Virus record (IMG/VR): IMGVR_UViG_3300037183_000039
Span: 1 to 48,878 of that record
Reading direction: 5' to 3' (one strand)
Source: a virus
Taxonomy: Duplodnaviria > Caudoviricetes
Length of the DNA stretch: 48,878 nucleotides
Below, one piece after another: positions 28,773 to 37,019 of this stretch. The notes below the pieces were generated by a model that did no database searches, had not been told where the DNA came from, and worked only from the letters and a program-made list of their open reading frames with translations. Within the stretch, counting starts at the first letter, position 1, and each line of letters opens with the position of its first letter. The position numbers and the translations under genes were made by a program.

Positions 28773-29018
28773 TCACTCGTGATACAGGCCCGTCATGTCT
28801 AGAACGTCCCCGCCGGGCAGATAATCCTTCTCTATCCAAATGAAGTCTGGACAGCACTTGTACCGACATAGTGATACCTTGGCTTCGAACCACCTGCCGG
28901 TTTCGTGACACCGGACGAAGATGACCTTGCTACGCACTTCCCAGTTGGTCACCCGGGACGGGCAGCCCGGGTGGGCCAACTTCGGGTAGACGCAGGACGA
29001 GTGGGGCTTGTGACTCAT
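28773..29018 (-). CDS. hypothetical Cys-rich protein
   Basis: coupled (ATGA) to the upstream ORF. Confidence 0.5.
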   Translation of the reverse strand: MSHKPHSSCVYPKLAHPGCPSRVTNWEVRSKVIFVRCHETGRWFEAKVSLCRYKCCPDFIWIEKDYLPGGDVLDMTGLYHE

Positions 29019-29428
29019 TTCAATCTTCTGAGACGGAAATTCTTGAGGGCATCCTGGACGGCGACTTCCTTGAGCATGGACTCCCCGTTCTCCGGGGTAA
29101 TCTCCGCCCAGGCGGCTTCGAAACCCTTGACCATGTCGTCGGTCGGGACGTGAATGGCCCAGAAGGAATCACGCCGGAGGAGACTCTCACCCTTTGTCAT
29201 GCCCAGTTTCTCCGGCCAAACGCCGAGCGTCTGAATGAACATCTTGGGCTGGGTGACCAGGAAGACGTCGGTGACCCGAGTGGCCTTGACGTATTCCAAG
29301 CCGTAGATCAGGTCCAGGTGTTCGCCGAGGTTGTCCTGATTGACCTTTTCCCCGAGGTCGATCATGAAGGCCTTGTACTCCGCGTGACCCAAAGCCACTA
29401 AGACCCACACGTGATTCTTGAGATGCAT
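29015..29428 (-). CDS. hypothetical protein
   Basis: SD AAGGAGG, downstream of the portal. Confidence 0.65.
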   Translation of the reverse strand: MHLKNHVWVLVALGHAEYKAFMIDLGEKVNQDNLGEHLDLIYGLEYVKATRVTDVFLVTQPKMFIQTLGVWPEKLGMTKGESLLRRDSFWAIHVPTDDMVKGFEAAWAEITPENGESMLKEVAVQDALKNFRLRRLK

Positions 29429-29452
29429 AGTTCCTCCTTCAAAAGCGAAAGG

Positions 29453-30880
29453 TTACGGACCGTCCGTCTCCTCTTCGCGTTTTCTACCTTGATCGTCGTC
29501 CTTGGCCCGGCCCTGTTCCGGCTTGGCTTTCGTGCCGAAAGTCCCGCCGGGCCCACGGGGCTGGCCCGGGCCGCCCTCGCCTTCCATGCCGGGCGCCATC
29601 ATGGGCTCAATGACTTCGTCCGTGTCCTTGGGCGGCGTGTAGCCGACCTTGACGTACGCCTCATCCTTGCGGATCTTCATACCGGAAGTGAGCAGGACCG
29701 AGAGCACCCGGGCGTTGACCTCCGGGTCCTCGTGCGTCTCCTGGACCGTCTCGAATACGGGGCGCTGGGCCTTACCCAGGCCGAGTTCCTCAATGATGGG
29801 ACGGTTCAGCCGGAGGAAGAGTCCGATCAGGTCCCGCTTGATGTCCTCGTCGATCTTGTCCCGGTCGTATTGGAGGAGCGATTCTGAGACCTCACGTTCC
29901 GTCCGGGCCCGGGCCAGGGAGCCGCCCTGGGAACCACCGCCGAACGGGAGGACCGACCCCAGGATGAGGGCTACCATGGCGTCGTCCAGGTAGTGAATCA
30001 TCTCCATGCAGAGCTGATGGCCCGTGCCCATCGTCTCATGGACCTGGATGTCGTCCTTGGCGTCGAACACCAGCGAGTTCTTGGTCCGCTGCTTCTTGAT
30101 GATCTCCAGCCAGTAGTTGGCTTGGCTCTGATTCGTGTTGGCCGGGGAGGCCCGGCGGAGGCCGTCGATCTTCACCGTGACCATGCCCTGGGCCCATCTT
30201 TCGATGCCGCCGAGGCACTGCTCCATCACGATGCCCTTGGCCCAGTGGTAGAAGTAAAGGGCCTCGCAGAGTCCGCGGCCGTAGCCGAGTCGGGACTCCT
30301 CGTCGTTGTAGATGACCTTGACGTAGCGGCGCTGCTCCTCGAGCGGCATGGGCTCCCAGACGTTGCGCTCGAGAGACCACATCTCGACCGTAATCTTCAG
30401 CTTCGTGTTCGTCCCGGTCGACCACTGGGGCACCAGCCGGAAGCGGCGGCGGTCGACCTCCTTGAGTTTCGTCGGGACCCACCACTCCTTCTCGCCCGTC
30501 TTCCCTAGGTCGAGGACCTTGCGCGAACCGTAAATCCTCTGGAAAGTTCGAGCCCGAACGACGGCAAGCGCCATGTTCTTGCGGGCTTCGGTAAACCCGT
30601 CGATGTGGGAGAGACCCTGCTCCACGACTGCGGCCAGTTTGATGTCTTCTTCCGAGTCAGAGGCGGCGAGAACTCGGAAACGGCGGGCAGCGACTCCGTG
30701 AAGTCGGAGGTTGATTGCATGGTTGATGACTGGATCCCTGAGTACGAGTTCGAAGATGTCGGGCTCGTTGAGTAGTGCATAGTCCGGGTCGTAGACCCTG
30801 TACCCCTGATAAGCGGAGTGAAGTGCCCAGACGTACATGTCCTGGGCTACGGACCGCTGATAGACGATAGGCGTTCCCAT
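29453..30880 (-). CDS. portal protein (DUF935 / Mu gp29-like)
   Basis: follows terminase; RDPVI...R, GYGRGL....Y, ERWA.G, ILG......GGSLAR. Confidence 0.85.
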   Translation of the reverse strand: MGTPIVYQRSVAQDMYVWALHSAYQGYRVYDPDYALLNEPDIFELVLRDPVINHAINLRLHGVAARRFRVLAASDSEEDIKLAAVVEQGLSHIDGFTEARKNMALAVVRARTFQRIYGSRKVLDLGKTGEKEWWVPTKLKEVDRRRFRLVPQWSTGTNTKLKITVEMWSLERNVWEPMPLEEQRRYVKVIYNDEESRLGYGRGLCEALYFYHWAKGIVMEQCLGGIERWAQGMVTVKIDGLRRASPANTNQSQANYWLEIIKKQRTKNSLVFDAKDDIQVHETMGTGHQLCMEMIHYLDDAMVALILGSVLPFGGGSQGGSLARARTEREVSESLLQYDRDKIDEDIKRDLIGLFLRLNRPIIEELGLGKAQRPVFETVQETHEDPEVNARVLSVLLTSGMKIRKDEAYVKVGYTPPKDTDEVIEPMMAPGMEGEGGPGQPRGPGGTFGTKAKPEQGRAKDDDQGRKREEETDGP

Positions 30881-30889
30881 ATTTCCCTC

Positions 30890-31162
30890 TTAAGGTCCTA
30901 CGTACCCGAGCCCGAGAGCACCTTCCTGTTGACGATTGGTCTCTTCCTGGACCCACTTCTCGAGACGGTCGAGCGCGGCATTTTCCAGAGAGTTGATGAG
31001 TGGGAGATCGTGCTCGTCCCAGGGTTCATACCTGAATTCTTCCCGGTGCTGAACTCCGTTTACGTTTACGGTGAAGAAGACGACGTATTGGCCTGTCGCG
31101 GAGTCGGTGGTCTGCTGCCGGAAGCGATTCGGCGCCTCTTGACCCAGGTCACGATTCGCCAT
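30890..31162 (-). CDS. hypothetical protein
   Basis: ATG behind GGAGGAGG, between terminase and portal. Confidence 0.6.
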   Translation of the reverse strand: MANRDLGQEAPNRFRQQTTDSATGQYVVFFTVNVNGVQHREEFRYEPWDEHDLPLINSLENAALDRLEKWVQEETNRQQEGALGLGYVGP

Positions 31163-32681
31163 GGAGCCTCCTCCCTCTGATCCAGTCGCGGCCGATGCGG
31201 TTCCTGTCGCCGCGCCGGAAGTCGCCGAGCGGATTATGGACCCTGGGAGCGTCTTCGTCCTCATCCTGGGAGCCGGGTTCCGCCGGGGTCCCACGGTGGG
31301 AAAAGTCCGGCGGGGAGTTGGCCGCTAGGTAGTTGTAAGCCAACGTCGTAGCGTCGACTTGGTCCATGTACTTCCCGTCTGGGAAAACGTCCAGCTCATC
31401 GAGGTACTCGGTAATCCAGTCCCCGCCTTCCACCAATCGTACGAACCCTCGGTGCGCCATCGCCGAGAACGGCCCCGCCCTGAGGACTTTGTCGTTAGAA
31501 CCGCCTCCGACCCGTATAGACTCAACGTGCCATTTGGCAAGCGTGAGATGTAGGTGATCATTCTGTGCGATCCCGCCAGAGGCGGGTTCCTCTTCGATGA
31601 GAATCGTCACGTTGTCGCCGTCGCCCTCGGCCGTCTGCTTGATGATCTCATCACGTTCGCCTGGGCGCTTCTGGAACTTGATCACGTGTTCGATGTTGAA
31701 CAGGCCGTCCGGCGTCCTGGACATCAGGACCCCGCAAGTGCGCTTGCCGTCGGTGGTGGCCGCGAGGTCCCAGGCGCGGACCCGGACTGGCGTCCAGGGC
31801 CGACCTGGGAGGAACTGGGTGAACCAGCTCCGAGAAATGACTTTTCCTCCCTCGGTGACGTCCCAGTTCCCCTCGAGGAGCTGGGCCCGTAGCACGGGCG
31901 GCAACTCCGAAAGCGTCTTCTCGTACTCCTCGACGCGGAGTGACGGGTTGTCTTTCACCTTGGCCGGAATGAAGACCCGACCCTTCTCGGCGCCCTCAGT
32001 GATGAAACGGCGCTTTACCCACGAATGTCCCAGGCCGCCCGGGTTAGAGGCACCGCGCTGCTTGAGCGGGACCTCGACCGTCCTGAGGCGCCGGAGGCGG
32101 GTCGACATGTAGGTCCAGTCGTCTTCTTCAAACTGTGTGAGTTCGTCGAAGGAGATGTTCTGAAACTCGGACGACTGGTAGCGGTAACGGTGCTTTGGAA
32201 TCTCCAAGTATCCAAAGGTGATCGACCCCTTGCCCGGGTAGGACCACGTGTGGGAGTCTTGCTGCCACTTGGCGCCGGAGCCTGTGAACCATTCGGCCGC
32301 CCGGTCCATGAGTGCGCCTGGGAGGGCAAGGTCAGCGTATGACTTGCGCAGGATCAGGGCGGCATAGTTGGGAACTTCGAAGAACTCAGCCGCTCCCATG
32401 AGGATGGTATCCGACTTGCCGCCGCCAGCCGCGCCGCCGTAGAGGGCTTCCCTGCACTCCAGGTCCAGGAAAAGCCTCTGCGGCGGGTGCGGCGCATGGG
32501 GAACGAACTGATTCGGGAAAGAAGATTTGTTCCAGACGAACGGTTTGACTTGGCCGTCAGGCCCCGTCTGCTCCTGAGTCAACTCGCTGATCTGGGCTTG
32601 CCGTCTCTGCTTTTCCTCCAGCAGGGCTGCCAGCTCTTGCTTTTCGCGTAAGCTGAGCGATCCGGACTTCGATTTGCTCAT
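31149..32681 (-). CDS. terL: terminase large subunit
   Basis: Walker A YGGAAGGGKS, Walker B FDELTQF, ASNPGG, nuclease AWDLA and DQVDA. Confidence 0.95.
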   Translation of the reverse strand: MSKSKSGSLSLREKQELAALLEEKQRRQAQISELTQEQTGPDGQVKPFVWNKSSFPNQFVPHAPHPPQRLFLDLECREALYGGAAGGGKSDTILMGAAEFFEVPNYAALILRKSYADLALPGALMDRAAEWFTGSGAKWQQDSHTWSYPGKGSITFGYLEIPKHRYRYQSSEFQNISFDELTQFEEDDWTYMSTRLRRLRTVEVPLKQRGASNPGGLGHSWVKRRFITEGAEKGRVFIPAKVKDNPSLRVEEYEKTLSELPPVLRAQLLEGNWDVTEGGKVISRSWFTQFLPGRPWTPVRVRAWDLAATTDGKRTCGVLMSRTPDGLFNIEHVIKFQKRPGERDEIIKQTAEGDGDNVTILIEEEPASGGIAQNDHLHLTLAKWHVESIRVGGGSNDKVLRAGPFSAMAHRGFVRLVEGGDWITEYLDELDVFPDGKYMDQVDATTLAYNYLAANSPPDFSHRGTPAEPGSQDEDEDAPRVHNPLGDFRRGDRNRIGRDWIRGRRLHGES

Positions 32682-33147
32682 GAGACAGGGTCTCCTTGTC
32701 CTTGCCGTCATAGATCTCGGTACGGTCGCGGTACTTCTCGGGCGAGGCACCCTTGAGCAGGAAGATAAGCAGGACGTCCGAATAGGTCCTCTTCCGGCCG
32801 ACAACCCGGCCCTGGAAGTAGACGTCCTCGAGAGTGCCCTGGGTGGCCCGCCGACGGGCCTCCTGCTCGAGCAGGCCGATGGAGTGGTTATGGGCTTCCT
32901 TGAAGGCTTCGCAGTATTGGTCGGCCTCCTCGGGGTAGACGTCGTCGTTCATCCACTTGTAGTGAGCGGTATGACCGACTCCGGCGTCCTTGAGGGCGTG
33001 GGAGATGACGCCACAGGAACGGAAGAGCGTTAGGAAGAGGCGCTTCTTGGGGTTGACGTGCTTTTCCCACAGGAGTGGGTAGTCCCGGAGCCACTCAAAC
33101 GGGTCTTCCTTGGGCTCCTCACTCTTGGGTGGTGGTTTCTTTGCCAT
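32557..33147 (-). CDS. terS: terminase small subunit
   Basis: FL..F...G.I..A...AGV....HY.W HTH; LEQEARRRA..G...YSDVLLIFLLKG..PEKYRDR. Confidence 0.85.
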   Translation of the reverse strand: MAKKPPPKSEEPKEDPFEWLRDYPLLWEKHVNPKKRLFLTLFRSCGVISHALKDAGVGHTAHYKWMNDDVYPEEADQYCEAFKEAHNHSIGLLEQEARRRATQGTLEDVYFQGRVVGRKRTYSDVLLIFLLKGASPEKYRDRTEIYDGKDKETLSHEQIEVRIAQLTRKARAGSPAGGKAETASPDQRVDSGADGA

Positions 33148-33149
33148 GC

Positions 33150-33183
33150 CCCCATAATACCACATGGGGACCCAGAGGGTCAA
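33150..33183 (-). promoter_or_regulatory. sigma-70-type promoter, probably leaderless terS mRNA
   Basis: TTGACC-N18-TATTAT, 6 nt before ATG; -10 overlaps CCCCAT-N8-ATGGGG. Confidence 0.65.
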
Positions 33184-33346
33184 TGGTAGTTCTGTGCCCG
33201 AATTTACCCACTACCGCATCATGTTGCGGACACCGTGCCTACTCGATTCGGCCCAGGCACACACGGTTTAACAGACCGTGGCGCTTTCGGCCGTCAGGTA
33301 TCGAACCTGATCGGGGACTGCTTTATCGGCAAGTCCTTAGTGGGTT

Positions 33347-33589
33347 CTATTCTCCTGGGTTGTACTGGCCGAAGACCGGGCTCGTCATGCCGAAGATGTC
33401 GGCATTGTCGTCGAGCCACTCCCCGGTGAGGTTCATCTCACAGCCGGGGCTGAGGTCCTTGGCAAAATGTGGGTAGCGTTCCTTGATTTCCCGCCAGAGG
33501 GCCAGATGGGTGGCGTGTCCGGAACTGTCGAACAGGAACACCACGTCCCCAACGTACCCGCGCATCAGGACGAAAATTTCTATTTCCAT
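33347..33589 (-). CDS. hypothetical protein
   Basis: overlapping chain of small minus-strand ORFs. Confidence 0.55.
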   Translation of the reverse strand: MEIEIFVLMRGYVGDVVFLFDSSGHATHLALWREIKERYPHFAKDLSPGCEMNLTGEWLDDNADIFGMTSPVFGQYNPGE

Positions 33590-33813
33590 TTTTCAATATT
33601 AAATAGGGCTCTGTTTTCAGCCAGTTTCTTGAAGTACACGGCTTCCCACGCGGCTTTGTCAATCCATATGCCCCACCCAGGCTCTAGAACGAGGACTTTC
33701 TCAGTAGTGAACCGAACCGTGACGGATTTTGGTCTTGATTTTGGTACAGGAATCTTCGCCGCCAGTGGGGCGGCGGCCAGCAGTCCTAGGAACTTCCGGC
33801 GTCCTATTTCCAT
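33580..33813 (-). CDS. small protein with twin-arginine (Tat)-like signal
   Basis: GRRKFLGLLAAAPLAA. Confidence 0.6.
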   Translation of the reverse strand: MEIGRRKFLGLLAAAPLAAKIPVPKSRPKSVTVRFTTEKVLVLEPGWGIWIDKAAWEAVYFKKLAENRALFNIEKWK

Positions 33814-34349
33814 ATCATGTCGTAAACGACCGTCCAGGTCCCGGTCTTCGGGTCGTCCCAGATGCCGATGCCTATGTGATTGACGGTTTCACTGAAAATT
33901 GCTTCTGATGCGAGGGGTTGAGTCGCATCGTCCACACGTGCCGATAGTTCGAGTAGACGAACGTACCAAGCGCCCATCTGTAGATACCGAGTGAAAGCGT
34001 TATCACCTTCGGGGTTTTGGTCCCCTGAAAACCCATGCACCACCTGATGAAAAGCGTGAGCACGAGCACCCTCAATTGCCAGAGGCTCGACCTCGAGCGG
34101 CGGTAGACCACGTATTCCTCGCATTTCATTGATGGCTCCATAGTGTTTAGCCTCCAGTTCTGGACATTGGGCGGCGTAGGGCCAGCAGACCGGGTGGCCG
34201 CCTGGGTACGTGAGCAAGCCGCAGTAGTAAGGTGCAATGCTCTTAGCTGCTGCCGGAGCCGCAGGTAGCTGGGAAGCGTCATATTTACCCCCACAAGCCG
34301 GAACCGCCATTGCCACCAGGACCGCTAGGAGCGCGTGTGAATATTTCAT
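33804..34349 (-). CDS. CAP/SCP-domain lipoprotein
   Basis: signal with VPA-C; INEMR..RGLPPL......ARAHA, NPEG....R, HIGIG. Confidence 0.75.
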   Translation of the reverse strand: MKYSHALLAVLVAMAVPACGGKYDASQLPAAPAAAKSIAPYYCGLLTYPGGHPVCWPYAAQCPELEAKHYGAINEMRGIRGLPPLEVEPLAIEGARAHAFHQVVHGFSGDQNPEGDNAFTRYLQMGAWYVRLLELSARVDDATQPLASEAIFSETVNHIGIGIWDDPKTGTWTVVYDMIWK

Positions 34350-34646
34350 TTAATGATCCGCCTTCTTAGCGTTGGTACAATCGATGCACAGGCAAATACA
34401 CTGGCGCTGCCACCCGTACCGGCAGTAAGAACCGTTATCGCAATGGTGTATCGAGGGTTTTACCAGAAATTTGAGCATCTTCTCGTCGATGCCACCCGGC
34501 CTGAACTGTGACCCAAGCGTCTGCTGGGAAATGACAGCTAGGGTCAATTGCTCTACTTGGTCCACGCTAAAAGCGGGCCGACCTTCCGAGTCCTGAGCCA
34601 TCTTGAGAGCCCGGACGATGTCGTCGAGAGACTTGCCGGAGATCAC
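34350..34646 (-). CDS. hypothetical protein, Cys-rich C-terminus
   Basis: coupled ORF; HC....C.....CICLC..C. Confidence 0.55.
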   Translation of the reverse strand: MISGKSLDDIVRALKMAQDSEGRPAFSVDQVEQLTLAVISQQTLGSQFRPGGIDEKMLKFLVKPSIHHCDNGSYCRYGWQRQCICLCIDCTNAKKADH

Positions 34647-34834
34647 TTGATCCTCTCCTTAAGCAGAGCGTCGGCGTACCGGTAGCACCATTCGGCGGTC
34701 CGTTCCGGGTCCGGCCTCTCCATGATTTCCGGGTCGGCGCACATGGCAATGAGCCCGGTCAATGCCTTCGCCGCGAAGTAATCACGCAAAGTCATCTTAG
34801 AGACGTTCCTCGTCTTAGGTACCTGTGGGGTCAC
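34643..34834 (-). CDS. conserved small phage protein
   Basis: MTLRDYFAAKAL.GL...Y.YADALL.ER motif. Confidence 0.75.
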   Translation of the reverse strand: MTPQVPKTRNVSKMTLRDYFAAKALTGLIAMCADPEIMERPDPERTAEWCYRYADALLKERIK

Positions 34835-34842
34835 AGTTCCTC

Positions 34843-35097
34843 CTACACGTTGGGGGCGTCCTTGTAGACCAGTCCGGACTTCAGGCCGATAGCCTGGGCC
34901 AGATCCTTGTCGATGTCGCGGAACCTGTCGCCGAGTTTCTCTCTCATGGACCGGAGCTTGTTCGAGAGGTCGTTCCTCTTGTTCCTGAGGTCCGTCTCCT
35001 GGCGGGATAGGTTGTCGATCTCACGCATCACGGCCCGGTACTCTTCCAGTTCCTCGACGATCAGTTGTTCAATGGTCTTCTCTTCGTCGTTCACCAT
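34843..35097 (-). CDS. coiled-coil hypothetical protein
   Basis: SD GAAGGAGG before ATG 35097. Confidence 0.65.
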   Translation of the reverse strand: MVNDEEKTIEQLIVEELEEYRAVMREIDNLSRQETDLRNKRNDLSNKLRSMREKLGDRFRDIDKDLAQAIGLKSGLVYKDAPNV

Positions 35098-35249
35098 GGT
35101 TCCTCCTTCGCCGTTGGCCGTGCGGGGCGGCTGGTGCCTTAGGGTGGACGGCCCAGTTGCCACCTATCGGTCTCACCCAGCCGCCCCCGACTGGGCGGGT
35201 TCGCGGTCTCGGCCGTTGCCCCAGGAACGGTTAGAGCCCGCCCAGGGTT

Positions 35250-35549
35250 CTATCTCCTGTCTGTGAAATCCAGGAGCCGGGTGGGCTGGGTGTGGAACCC
35301 GCAGGCCGGATGGGAACACTGTACCGACGGCTCCAGGTGCCCCCGGGCGTCCAGGTCGTGGTAGAACCCCGGCCGGGCCCCCTTCCGGTGCAGGGTGGAC
35401 AGGTTCCCACAGTCCGGGCATCTTGCCCACACCATCAGCCCCAGACCCTCCCTGTGCACCCACGACCACTCCCCGTGCCTGATCAGGTTCTCGTCATCCT
35501 GCGCCCTGGCGTCTGCCAACTTGAAATCATACGCCCCGGTGGTGCCCAT
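35250..35549 (-). CDS. zinc-binding hypothetical protein
   Basis: CPDCG...H.....LEPSVQC....CGFH; SD GGAGG. Confidence 0.65.
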   Translation of the reverse strand: MGTTGAYDFKLADARAQDDENLIRHGEWSWVHREGLGLMVWARCPDCGNLSTLHRKGARPGFYHDLDARGHLEPSVQCSHPACGFHTQPTRLLDFTDRR

Positions 35550-35598
35550 CTTGACCTCCCATCATCCTAACCATGTGACCACTACCGTGTTCATCAGG

Positions 35599-35925
35599 CG
35601 ACAACCAGTTGTCGTCCGTCAGCACCATTCGTGCTGTACGTACCCCTGTCATGCTGTTGCAGGGGTAGCGCTCTCAATGCTTTTTGAGCGCCAACGCATG
35701 CCACGGACGTATCGTTTGGTACCAGGAGGGACCCAGGAGGACCCCGGCAAGAGGACCCAAGTTTAATACCTCTAGAAGGGACCCCTGGGACCAGGAGGGG
35801 GACCCGGCGAGAAGGATCAAGAACGGAACACATGATATATATTAAGTACTTAATATGTAAAGAAGGGACCCAAGAAAACGAGCTTGAGAAAAGAACGCCC
35901 CCCTCCCCTCTTCCGAGGACCCACT
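35599..35925. other. candidate replication origin: hairpins, GGACCC repeats, AT-rich palindrome
   Basis: non-coding strand-switch region; seven GGACCC and one GGACCA at 35728-35922; perfect 18-bp ATATTAAGTACTTAATAT at 35839-35856. Confidence 0.5.
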
Positions 35926-35951
35926 CCCGCATCGTGGAGCGAGCTTGACCT

Positions 35952-36288
35952 TGGCATGTGGCTTGCTATAGCAAACACCTTGCCTGAGCTTGGGTCAAGA
36001 CCCCAAGCAAACAACGTGCCTTTTGGGAGCAGGAGACAGAAGGGCGAGACAGGGCGAGGACGGGTCGTTGGGCTCTTCTGGCATGTCCCTTGCTGAGGTC
36101 CTTTTTTCTTGACCCTGGCTCCTGTCCCCTGGCACGTGGCTTGCTTGGTCAAGCTCCTGGCACGACGCTTGCCTTAGCTTGACAAAGCTTGTCGACAACG
36201 CGTGTCTTGTCATCAAGCTTGGTCAAGCTAAGGCCTCGATGCCCCAAGGAAAACGGGCTTGAGGTTCTGAGCTGGCACGAGGCTTGCT
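35952..36288. promoter_or_regulatory. cluster of seven sigma-54-type -24/-12 boxes
   Basis: plus strand 35952, 36079, 36130, 36158, 36273 (TGGCAY-N5-TTGCY); minus strand 35970-35985 and 36006-36021 (AGGCA-N6-TTGCT). Confidence 0.8.
36171..36234. repeat. 64-bp imperfect palindrome
   Basis: 28-bp arms with 3 mismatches (gccttagcttgac.../...gtcaagctaaggc), 8-nt loop. Confidence 0.85.
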
Positions 36289-36333
36289 CTATCTAGGGTG
36301 CCGGGCGAAGGGCCCGGACGAAGGAGGAACACG

Positions 36334-36576
36334 ATGACGATTCCGGAGATGGGCGCACAAGTGGCGACGATGTCGGGAGGGAAGCTGTCGATCCCCCAAG
36401 CGCTCCAGGGTTGTGGCTTCTGGGTGGCGAAGGACGGGGGTGTCTGGGAGTTCTCCTGGGACTCCCGGCGGGCTCACTGGGTCGCCTGCTTCCAGGGTGA
36501 GGTGCTGGCGGAGATCAACGCGAAGGATTCGCTGGCAACCCTGCTCCTGGCGGCGCTGGTGGGGGCGAGAGGCTAA
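36334..36576 (+). CDS. early hypothetical protein
   Basis: GACGAAGGAGG leader, just downstream of the best sigma-54 box. Confidence 0.65.
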   Translation: MTIPEMGAQVATMSGGKLSIPQALQGCGFWVAKDGGVWEFSWDSRRAHWVACFQGEVLAEINAKDSLATLLLAALVGARG

Positions 36577-36664
36577 TGAGCGACACGGAGCTTTTGGTTC
36601 TGCTGCTGGGGACGGAGGACGCCGCCCCATGCGTTCTGTTCCTGGTAGACGAAGGAGGCAACAA

Positions 36665-36940
36665 GTGATCGGCACGAAGCTTTGGTTGGTTGTGCTCGAG
36701 GAGTGGGACGGCCGGGAGTTCATGGGCCGGACGACGTGGGGGCCGTTCCTGGACAAGCCGACCCCGGAGGAGGCACGGGCCGTTGCCTTCCGGTCGCTGG
36801 TCGACGATGCCTGCGAAGACGGCGCTGAAGGGGCCGAGGCCCGCGAAGAGGCCGCAGGCCGGATCGATGAGGACGGCAACGACCTGGGGGTCGAGGAGTT
36901 CACCGTCGCTGACCTGAAGGCCGAGCTGAACCGGGCCTAG
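36665..36940 (+). CDS. small acidic early protein
   Basis: GACGAAGGAGG + GTG; D/E-rich C-terminal half. Confidence 0.65.
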   Translation: MIGTKLWLVVLEEWDGREFMGRTTWGPFLDKPTPEEARAVAFRSLVDDACEDGAEGAEAREEAAGRIDEDGNDLGVEEFTVADLKAELNRA

Positions 36941-37019
36941 CGCTCCTTGGGTCTCCCGGGACCGCAACCGGGAGCCGCAAGGCGCACTTTCGCGCCAGAG
37001 ACAGACGAAGGAGGAACCG

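Noticed and set aside
20062-30880. Mu-like transposable prophage
   Set aside because: Only head/neck genes are Mu-like; there is no transposase, MuB, repressor or host flank, and the phage has its own replisome.
35613-35709. tRNA gene (cloverleaf-like fold)
   Set aside because: No T-loop GTTCRA, D-loop GG or CCA end, and arm lengths do not fit.
35720-35925. CRISPR array
   Set aside because: Repeats are only 6-7 bp with irregular short spacing.
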